Source: Cyanidioschyzon merolae (taxonomy: Eukaryota). Taken from it: a stretch of 64,000 nucleotides of DNA. The position numbers and the translations under genes are program-made. A model generated the notes under the pieces. That model was given only the letters and a program-made list of their open reading frames with translations. It did not search any database and had not been told where the DNA came from. The DNA is taken from the NCBI GenBank assembly GCA_000091205.1, contig AP006496.2. The stretch is one strand, 5' to 3'. Below are positions 21,828 to 30,400 of the stretch, one piece after another; position 1 is the stretch's first letter; every line of letters begins with the position of its first letter.

Positions 21828-22450
21828 GAACAGAGACTAACCATTAACTAGCAACGATATACCAATTTATCTTCCCTGCACGATAAACGATAAAAAGGAA
21901 ACACGATTCCCGTTTTGTCGAAAGTTGAATTTCTCGACGGAAAAACCCGCGAGCCAGACGAGTACCCCAGGCACGTGCTTCGTGCTCGCCTCCCAGTGGC
22001 GGGTGCTGCACTGAAATCTGAGCAATTCGTCTGCAGCACTGTTTATTCTGGTACTAGCGGCAGTTAAACTGCATCTGGGCGTCGATCCGGTCGCGGTGGA
22101 GTCCTAGTATAGAGCTTCACGCTATCGCAGGCAGTGTGTCTGTCTGCGGAGCTTGCTGGCTCCCAGAATGATCCTATACTCCAACTCTGTGTCAGGTGGA
22201 GCATTCCTCGATCCGACGCCCTCAGTAGTACGGCAACGCTGCTCTGTATCTGTGATGCATCGGCATCAGCGGATTAGACGCTAAGGCGGGTGCATCAACG
22301 CATGCACCCGGCGAATGACAGGAAGCACGAGACGAGTAGTACATCTGAAAGGAAGTATACGTAATGGAATCTGGAGTTAGAATGCAGCATGATGGACGCT
22401 TTCGCTGAATCCGATACCCATTTATAGCACAATCTGGGATCCATTGTCAA
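21828..22450 (+). repeat. Conserved ~620-nt non-coding unit, copy 2 of 3; this copy is the left end of Fanzor-like element B
   Basis: See 10028-10650. Copy A (minus strand) is collinear with B only from about 22215 onward and lacks 22340-22450. Confidence 0.6.
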
Positions 22451-22802
22451 TATAAGTGTTTTTCCATCGGAAAAATGAAGCGTGTAGCTCTAACGTACAA
22501 ATTGTAACGATGTTCAAGTCGTAGAAAAATACATTGTTTGTCCTCAATCGTGTTTCAACCTTCACTCTAGTGTATTCAAGTGCTTTTTCGTGCGTAATAG
22601 CTGTCCCATCCAAAGTGGTTTCGGTTTTTATATTGAAAAAGGAAAGTTACGGAAGTGGAAGTGTAGGATCCTGGGCGTCAATGTCGCCGGCAGCCCGAAA
22701 AAACGAAGAACAGTGCCAAGTGCAAAGGAACAGGATAAGAAGAAGAAGTAAAAGTGGAAGGCCCTACGTCAAAGGCTACACAAAAGACGACGGTACGACG
22801 AG

Positions 22803-24838
22803 ATGGCGGTGAAAGCCTGTCTTCTTCAACATACCAAGGATCCGTACAGGGAAAACGTTCGAGAGGCAATATGGAACCGTGTCGAGCCGAACTCCAGCGG
22901 TGTTCGTGATGCTTCTCAAGGAATGTTGCATTTCCTAAGAAAATGGTATCATGACGTTACGGACATCAAAACAGTCGATATTCTGGGTGAATTTTTCAAC
23001 AAAACCTTTATTCATCACTTTATGCTTGGCACCGGGGAAACGTCTAGGTGAAATGAGCGAGTTCATGCCCTCCACAAAATTTACGCCGAGTTCCGCTTCG
23101 ACGGTACTCGATACAGGGGGGATTGGGATATTTACATCTACGGGGCGATGAAGTACCTCACCAGTCTAAAGAACCATTTAACAATGAACCTCAAAAGCTT
23201 CATGATACGCTCCATCTTTGCACTCTACCCCGGTCTCACTCGTCAGGGGATATGGGCGATTGTCAATGGCAACACGAACGATCGCAAGCATGAAGATGAG
23301 ATTGAATTCATCGACGAGAAGAAATCACTCAGGAGCATGAATGAGGATTCCGTCATCCGAGCGGCTATACAAGAGCATCGTACGGTACTGGGGTTGGCGA
23401 ACCGAGCAGCAAAGATATCAGAGTTGAAAAAAGATAACGAAAGATACTATCGCCTCGTCCTGCGTTACTTTGTGTTTCTGGGCCGTGAGCTCGAACGCAA
23501 GGCAGAGATGAAGCTGAGTGAGGAAAAAATGAAGAGCGGGGGAAACGAAAGGCTGCGCTTCTGGGTAAGCGCTTCAACGTCGTTCCGTTGTCCAACATCA
23601 AGTCACGTTTTGTGACTATCGATTCCAGAATCCTTTACGGCATCATGAAAGACTTCAGCCCCGAGTTTAATGTCAGCAGGAAGGAGAGTACCGGTGAAAA
23701 CCGGGAGACGTACTGGAAGAATATGTTTGATTTCACACGTCTGAAAGTGGGCAAACAAAAGGTATTCACAGGGGTGATCGAAACCGATGGAGTAGCCATG
23801 TGTATTCACTATCGGCGCTTGAAGGCGGATCGTCCAGTTCCGTCTTCGATAGTGTCCGTGACGAAGCATGAAGATGAGAAGGAGGCGGATTGTGCCACAC
23901 AGAAAGTGCAGGATAACAACTTTGTCGTTGGCGCGGACCCTGGGATTACGAATATCGTAACCATCGCTGCTCCCAAGCGTGCGGAAGATGGTAACGACGG
24001 TAACACACGTCAGAAAGGCATGCGTCTGTTGAGGTTCTCGAGAGCGAGATACCACCGAGGATCCGGCGTAATGAATGCAAGGAAGAAAATCATTACATGG
24101 AATTCAGGAATGAAAGAGCACCTGGAAGCTTTGAGCGAGGTGACGAGCCGAGGAGCGGACTTTAACGCTTTTCGGGAGATTATGGAAGTTCGCGTTGCTC
24201 ATTGGGATTCGCTGTGGGAGGAGTATACAAAGCCTCGACGGGCTCGTCTGCTTATGAACCTGTATTGTGGGAAGCGGCTTGCATTCGCCAACTTTTTCAG
24301 TCAGTTGAGCGCCTTGAAGGAGGATGAAAGTCAGAGGCTCGTAGTAGCATACCGAGCAGGGCGCTGGGCGTCGAAAAAAGGAACTACGCCAACTCCAACG
24401 ACAAGAACGTACAAGGAGTGCGCACGGCGCTTCGCTACGATACCTGTAGATGAGTTCCGAACATCCTATACAAACCATGAACTGGGGTGCACGCCTCAGA
24501 CGGTCGAGATGGAGAAGTGTCAGCGAAGCCCTGAGGATATACAAAAGTACGGACCGCTGACGGAAGAGCATATGGGAAGGAGGGCGAAAGTTCGAGGGCT
24601 ACTTGCACTAATGAGTACAACCAATGATAGTAAGAAACGTATGGAGTTTGTGAATCATGACTTAAATGCCGCGATCAATATCAAGAGATGTGCGGTGCTG
24701 GAGAAGAGACCTCCAAACTGGACAAGAATGAACTTTATTGGACAACCTCTCAAAGTCAAACTATATGAGAAGAAGTTGGAAGCAGTAGTAGGCGGCCGGT
24801 CCAAGAAAACTGCGAGGCGTCTGTACGTAAGTTGGTGA
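22803..24838 (+). pseudogene. TnpB/Fanzor-like RuvC nuclease ORF of element B. It is nearly intact, with one in-frame TGA (23049-23051) and one 14-nt tandem duplication (23562-23575) that shifts the frame.
   Basis: N-terminus MAVKACLLQHTKDPYRENVREAIWNRVEP..., RuvC-I-like [31 protein letters not shown], and RuvC-III-like KRMEFVNHDLNAAINIKRCAVLEKRPP. Where A has TSRRNERVH, B has TSR*NERVH. Deleting tgggtaagcgcttc restores the frame (ERLRF|NVVPL, matching A EKRFNVVPL). Confidence 0.75.
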
Positions 24839-24905
24839 TGTCTAGTCTGGGGCGCGGCGATCGCCACTACTGTACCACTGGCGACAGCGTTTTTCTTTTG
24901 AAAGG
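24839..24905 (+). other. Right-end tail of element B: conserved hairpin-like segment followed by a T-run. It is a candidate terminal omega-RNA scaffold and/or terminator.
   Basis: gtaagttggtgatgtctagtctggggcgcggcgatcgccactactgtaccactggcgacagcgtttttcttttgaaagg. The matching tail of copy A runs from tctagggcgggtttctcgccactactgtacacggccgccggcgacg to ttcgacttttaagg. The two sequences diverge immediately after this point. Confidence 0.45.
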
Positions 24906-24944
24906 CGTTGGTTTCCAGGGGCGCGCGCTACAGCAACGCCTCTG

Positions 24945-25517
24945 GTGCGCCTGCTGGGTATGACGGCAGACGCAGCTTGGCCAGCGCTCGTGGTTAGCTT
25001 TCTCCTGGGGCTTTTCGCAGGGCGCCGCAGCAAGCACCAACGAACTGGTGCCAGCGGGCTGGACACGAGTGCATCGGGCGCGCCTGCTGGGTCAGTGATC
25101 GACAGCACGCCCGCTGATGCACCGTTCGCCTCGCTGGTGCCGCTCGCGTCGGCGCCGTCAGGGACCACCGCTGACGTTAAACTGATGCTCATCGTACGTC
25201 GTGACCTGAAGATGAGCCCTGGCAAAATTGCCGCTCAATGCGGGCATGCCTCTGTCGGTGCTTTTAGAGGGTGTACGGATCGCGCGCTGCTGGCTGCTTG
25301 GGATCGAAACGGCCAGCCGAAAATTGCGCTGCGCTGCAGCTCACTGAAAGAGCTGTTGGCGATCGAACGGGCGGCCCGGCAGCTTCGTATACCGACTTTT
25401 GCCGTACGCGACGCGGGGAGAACGCAGGTCGTGGCGGGCACGATTACGGTGCTGGCTGTTGGGCCTGCCGAGAGTGCCAAACTCCAGAGAATCACCGGCC
25501 ATTTGAAGCTACTTTAA
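24945..25517 (+). CDS. PTH2: Peptidyl-tRNA hydrolase 2 (PTH2/PTRH2 family) with an N-terminal membrane anchor
   Basis: KLMLIVRRDLKMSPGKIAAQCGHASVGAF...GQPKIALRCSS...RDAGRTQVVAGTITVLAVGP...ITGHLKLL matches PTH2 [22 protein letters not shown]...KIVLK...DAGRTQIAPGSxTVLAIGP...VTGHLKLL. Confidence 0.8.
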   Translation: MRLLGMTADAAWPALVVSFLLGLFAGRRSKHQRTGASGLDTSASGAPAGSVIDSTPADAPFASLVPLASAPSGTTADVKLMLIVRRDLKMSPGKIAAQCGHASVGAFRGCTDRALLAAWDRNGQPKIALRCSSLKELLAIERAARQLRIPTFAVRDAGRTQVVAGTITVLAVGPAESAKLQRITGHLKLL

Positions 25518-26141
25518 AAACATCGAAGTGCTGCGAGTATAAAGACGACACCCAGGGGCCAGAACACGTGCGCTGATGCTAGCGTCCAGTGTTGAGACGC
25601 CAAGGAGCCGCTGCTGAGAAGCCGGCAGCGCGAGACGCGGCTCGCAGTATCGCGCTGCACACCAGGATTCGAGTTCGCGAATCAGTGCAGTCGGCAGTTT
25701 ACGAGAACGGGCGGCAGGCTGCATCTGAGTGCATGTCGATGCACTCTCCGTGCTGCAGCGCGTCGTCACGCAAGGCTATCGCCATCATAGCGGAGCGCGG
25801 TGCTGGCCGTGCCTTTGTGCCGCATGCCATAGCCTAGCACTTGCCCGGTATTTTGGTTGGTCAAGTGCCGCGCTGACGCGTATTCACGCGAGTTGCGTTC
25901 TACATAAAAACACTAGATACAGCAGCTGAGCCTGTATCCACTCCTTTGCCCGTTAGCAGCCACACTTGGCGCTATGCTTTACGTTGCTGTGAAAGCGTGC
26001 AGCTTCAGCAGCAAGGCTTGCCTCCATGCGCGCACTCGTCTACACGCGATCCAATCAGCTCCCTCATTGTCGATAACGAGCGCGTTTCTAAAGATGCCCA
26101 TTCATGCCTAGCATGGTATCGCCAGGTTTCCAATCGCATCC

Positions 26142-28403
26142 CTACTCCATGCGATTCAGGAATCGTAAAAGAGCAGCGAGAACGCTGTCCACCCGGGGCG
26201 TCGATGCATCCGGCAACGCCGTTTCAAGACGCGCTTCCGCAATCTGATTTGCACCCAACGATTGGAGCAGGGATCCAAACCCCGTTTCAAGCAGGAGCGC
26301 CCCCATATTCTCTAGGAGGCTCGCAAGAAGCCCTGTCGATCGTGGACGCACCTCCATGAAACGCAGCGGTCGATCTGCGGCTAGTTCAAGACGTTCCCGA
26401 CACAGCTCGACAGCGCGATCAAAGCCGCCGAGTGCATCGACGAGCCCCACGGCGAGCGCTTGCGTACCCGACCAGACACGTCCTTGTGCGTAGCGATCGA
26501 ACTCGTGATGTTGGCGACCACGGCTCTCCGCTGCCTTGCGCACAAACGACTCGTAGACTCGCTCCGTACTCCGCGTGAAATAGGCATCCTCTTCGGGTGT
26601 GAAGGGCCGAAAATCCACATCGAGCTCCGCATAGCGCCCCCTACTCAAAACCTCTCGACGAAATCCAATGCGCTCAAAGAGTTGTTGCAGAGACGGTTTG
26701 GCAGTTACAACGCCGATGCTGCCTGTTAGGGTGAGAGGTTCCGCCACGATCGCCTGGCATCCCATGCTGATGTAGTAACCACCGCTACCGGCAACGTCGC
26801 CCATACTCGCAATGACCGGCTTGCGCTTGGCCAGCTCGCGGATGGAGTTCCAGATCAGGTCCGATGCTAGCGCGGAGCCTCCGGGCGAATCAACACGAAG
26901 TATCACAGCTGCGAGGCTTCGATCGTTTTTCGCTCGCTCCAACTGCTCCACAAGCGTGTCCGAGCCTATGCTGGGACTGAATAACGGGTTCGACGAGCTG
27001 CGTCCCGTTTGGATAGCGCCCAACGCCCGAATCACCCCAATTTTCGTGACACCTCGGCGACGCCCTTCGGGCAGGCCTAACACAGACGGACGCACCCGCC
27101 GATAGCGCTTAGCGGCCACTGCTCGCAATGGACGCACCAACAATCGTCGCAGGCGACGGTCTGCACTGCTCGAGCTGCTCTCCTTTTCGCTGGTTTCGGA
27201 TAGACCCCAGGCTTTGCCGACAAACCGCATTTTGAGCTTGTCTAGAAGATCATTCTCATAGGAGATACCATCTACGAATCCGAGCGCTTTCCATTCGGCT
27301 ACCGTCATGGGCGGATCGTCCAGGATGCGATGCACGACGGCTGCAGGGTCTGGCTCTGAACCCACTCGTGTGCTCAGCTCGCTGCACAGATGTTCATACT
27401 GTTGCTCCAGAAGCGATGTGAGGACTTCACGTTGGGCGTCGCTCATCGTGCGTCTGGCAAGCTGATCGCCTGCTGATTTATAGGCGCCAATGCGCTTCAC
27501 TTGCGGCTCAATGCCGATCTTGTCAAGGACGCCGCGTAGAAAGCTCGCGGAGACTTTCATGCCCCGAAGCGACAGGATACCCTCCGGAGGCATGTAGATC
27601 TCATCTGCGCCGAGCGCCAGATAGTACTCTCGTTCGGAAGCTACCGCCATGTAAACGATCACCGGTTTGCCTGATTGTCGGAAGTAGTCGAGATAGCGGC
27701 GCGCTTCCTGCAAACGAGCGTAGCCGCATGCCAGTGGACCTATCTTGACGTACATGGCGCAGATTCGCGGATCATGCGCTCCATTCCGGCATATTCGCTT
27801 CCAGTCTTCCAGCGAGATGCTGCTGGCGGCGGGGAAGGTAGCCGCGTGGCTGTCGGGAAACGGGCCCTCGAGATCGACGGTTATTGTCGTATAGCGACGA
27901 AGGCGGACGCGCACGAACACGAGCTTCCATGCAAGCCATACCCGCCATAGCCAACCCGTCTGTGGCTTGAACTCCAAACGATGTGCCTCCAGCGCACCCG
28001 GCACGCGCACATGGTTCACCGCGGACGGCTCAGGGAAGTTCACCGTGCCAGCGGCCTCGCCGAGTTCGCTGACGACGCTGTTTGGCGGGTCGCGCGAAGC
28101 TCCAGCCTCGTGAAGACTCGCGGACAGCGGGAGCCGTGGAGCACGCCCGCGTCGCGTTCTTGCCAAACGAGGAGCACGGGAAGTGCTCTCTCTGTGGCGC
28201 TGCACGCCGCTCCTGTTCGAGCGCTGACGGAGACGCGAAGCGCTGCCGGCCGGCGCCGCTACGAACGCCGCCGCTGACACGAGCATCGCGGGCTCCGTTC
28301 CAAACACGTTGGCAGACTGCGAAAACCTTCGTTCCAGCGAACAAACGACAAGCGGAAAGCGGTGGAATTCGCAACTGCGTCCACAACGCAGCTGTCGTTG
28401 CAC
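26142..28403 (-). CDS. sppA: Signal peptide peptidase SppA (protease IV, 67K two-domain type) with an Arg/Ser-rich N-terminal presequence; plastid-type
   Basis: VIASMGDVAGSGGYYISMGCQAIVAEPLTLTGSIGVVTAKPSLQQLFERIGF, and a second ClpP/crotonase-like half containing KPVIVYMAVASEREYYLALGADEIYMPPEGILSLRGM. Confidence 0.75.
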   Translation of the reverse strand: MQRQLRCGRSCEFHRFPLVVCSLERRFSQSANVFGTEPAMLVSAAAFVAAPAGSASRLRQRSNRSGVQRHRESTSRAPRLARTRRGRAPRLPLSASLHEAGASRDPPNSVVSELGEAAGTVNFPEPSAVNHVRVPGALEAHRLEFKPQTGWLWRVWLAWKLVFVRVRLRRYTTITVDLEGPFPDSHAATFPAASSISLEDWKRICRNGAHDPRICAMYVKIGPLACGYARLQEARRYLDYFRQSGKPVIVYMAVASEREYYLALGADEIYMPPEGILSLRGMKVSASFLRGVLDKIGIEPQVKRIGAYKSAGDQLARRTMSDAQREVLTSLLEQQYEHLCSELSTRVGSEPDPAAVVHRILDDPPMTVAEWKALGFVDGISYENDLLDKLKMRFVGKAWGLSETSEKESSSSSADRRLRRLLVRPLRAVAAKRYRRVRPSVLGLPEGRRRGVTKIGVIRALGAIQTGRSSSNPLFSPSIGSDTLVEQLERAKNDRSLAAVILRVDSPGGSALASDLIWNSIRELAKRKPVIASMGDVAGSGGYYISMGCQAIVAEPLTLTGSIGVVTAKPSLQQLFERIGFRREVLSRGRYAELDVDFRPFTPEEDAYFTRSTERVYESFVRKAAESRGRQHHEFDRYAQGRVWSGTQALAVGLVDALGGFDRAVELCRERLELAADRPLRFMEVRPRSTGLLASLLENMGALLLETGFGSLLQSLGANQIAEARLETALPDASTPRVDSVLAALLRFLNRME

Positions 28404-28439
28404 GTTTCACCAAGACGCGCAACGAAAGATGCTGCAAAT

Positions 28440-28620
28440 TTTTTCCCATTGCCAAGACGCGTACCAAGGCCAGCGTCCTCCGATTGTGCGCTTTTGCTTT
28501 TTTCTTTTTCTTTTCATTTTTTTTCAGCGCGCGGTTAAGCATCCATCAAACCCCCTACTTCCAAACTCCGTAACCCATACTACTCCTCGGATACACTGAT
28601 CGCTTCATAGGCTGTATCGT
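28440..28620 (+). repeat. Copy 2 of the ~150-190-nt conserved motif (see 17040-17230). It lies 40-200 nt upstream of the SppA start codon on the opposite strand.
   Basis: Direct similarity to 17040-17230. Confidence 0.5.
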
Positions 28621-29089
28621 TCGCTGAGCGCATGCCGCAAGCGTCCCTTGTGGAGCTTGTACCGTTGGCACGAATGCATCTCAATGACAGAACGGCTTTG
28701 CCGTACTAATGAGGACGCCGCCTCGGTGCTTGGTTTATCCAACATGGAATCGGGATTCACTATCATTACGAGAGCCTGCAAGCTGCGCAGACAGACCTAC
28801 TGCCTGCAACAGCGCGAAGAGATTTACCAGGATAATCCTGCGAACACGGGCGACTCCTAGACGCAGCGCACCAGCTCCTAGTCCCGAACTGAACTGCGTT
28901 GCGGGCGAGCTGCTCAAGTCTCGCCATTGCACCCACCACTTGGTGGAGCATGAAGTTTCAGCGCGGCGGAGTCGTCTGGCTCGCGGGACGCCCCGACTAA
29001 AAGGTGAACTTTCGACCATGCGAAACAATTTTGCCAGCTTCAACACGTACCGTCGAGGCAAATATTCGTATATCGTTGCTAGGTAGCGT

Positions 29090-30040
29090 TCGTTTCCGTG
29101 ATTATTTTCTACAGCGCAGTCGATACGCACACCATCATATTTGGGAGATGACATTGACGGCAGCCTGCGCCACAATGAGATGCGTCTTTTGAAGTTCTCG
29201 AGAGCTGCATATTGCCGACAGTCGGAGATAATGAAGCCCAAGAAATACTGCACCCTGCAACGCTGAACAGAAGGAGTACCTGGACGCGATGAGCAAAGTC
29301 GCGTCGCGCGGAGCGGACTTTCGAGCTTTTCTCGAATTCACGGAAACTCAAGCTGCTCATGCCGAGGAGCTGTGGAAAGAGAGTATCCAAAGCCCCGGTG
29401 GGCTCGTCAGCGCATGAACCTTCGCAGAGGGAAGAAGCGGGTACGCGGCATGTTCATGAATCAGTTGAGCGCCCTCAAGCAGGACAAGAGTCAAAGGCTC
29501 GTAATTGGATACGCAGCAGGGCGCCGGGTGTCCAAAAAGCTAGCGTACCAGCTCCATCGACAAGAGCGCGCAAGGAGTGCACACACCGTTTCATCGCAAT
29601 ACCGACAGATGAGTTCTGAACGTCCTACGTGCACCAGGGGCTGTGGTATACGCTTCTGGAGGTCGAGATGGAAAAGTGCCAGCGGAGGGCTGAGCATATA
29701 CAAAAGTGCGGAGACCTGACGGTGCAGGAAATGGCACGAAGGGCGCGAGTTCGAGTACTCCTCGCTCTAGTGGGTTCAAGCAGCGGCAACAAACACATGC
29801 AGATCGTGAATCGAGACTTTAACGCCGCTTTCAATATCAGGTGATGTGCGGTACTGGAGAAGAGATTCGAGGGGTTGACACGATCCAATTTTGTGCCACA
29901 AACTCTCCGAGTCCAACTGTAAAACGAGAACTTGAAACCAATAACAGGCGGCCGGTCGATAGAGACGGAGCGGCGTCAGCACGTCGGTACATAGGTACCC
30001 GCGCGATCATCGTACCGTATTCAAACGCGATCCCCAGAAG
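29090..30040 (+). pseudogene. 3' fragment of a TnpB/Fanzor-like element of the A/B subfamily, with multiple frameshifts and stops
   Basis: MRCVF*SSRE aligns with [63 protein letters not shown] and KHMQIVNRDFNAAFNIR align with B ALSEVTSRGADFNAFREI, SQLSALKEDESQRLVVAYRAGR, RFATIPVDEF and KRMEFVNHDLNAAINIK. The tail ggcggccggtc...cgcgcgatcatcgtaccg is similar to B's right end. Confidence 0.6.
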
Positions 30041-30346
30041 CAGCGCGCAATCGCAACCGCAGCTGTGCACTGCATCGGTGCGCGCGGAGGCGGCGGCGCG
30101 ATGCGTGAATCTGCTGCGGGCGTACGCTCGTCTGCCGGAGGCATCCAGCGCCTCCAGGTGACACTTCAGGGCTGGTAACGTCTTCGAAAAGCCAGAGCAA
30201 GGGATAGCTGTGTGTACCGAAGCACCGCCATAGATTGCTAAAGTCTTTTGCGGTACTTGTTTTTAGCACCTGGCTCGAGTCCCGGGCGCTCGTCGGGGCC
30301 ACTGTAGTTCGTGCGCGCGCGCGTTTCCGGAGTAACCAGTACTGCG

Positions 30347-30365
30347 GTGTGTGTGTGTGTGTGTG
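30347..30365. repeat. (GT)n microsatellite
   Basis: gtgtgtgtgtgtgtgtgtg. Confidence 0.9.
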
Positions 30366-30400
30366 GAAAGCGAGCCTCTGACCGCCTTCAACAGATTCCC

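Larger units (their letters stand above)
21828..24905 (+). mobile_element. TnpB/Fanzor-like element copy B. It comprises a left-end unit (21828-22450), an AT-rich leader (22450-22802), a ~678-codon nuclease ORF (22803-24838) and a 67-nt right-end tail (24839-24905).
   Basis: The boundaries come from comparison with copy A (similarity stops after cttttgaaagg at 24905) and with the solo left-end units (shared left boundary gaacagagactaacc at 21828). Confidence 0.7.

Noticed and set aside
23562-23575. Interpreting the 14-nt GGTAAG-containing insertion in Fanzor B as a real intron
   Set aside because: 14 nt is far below any plausible spliceosomal intron length. It is treated as a tandem duplication causing a frameshift, with the splice-site resemblance noted only as a curiosity.
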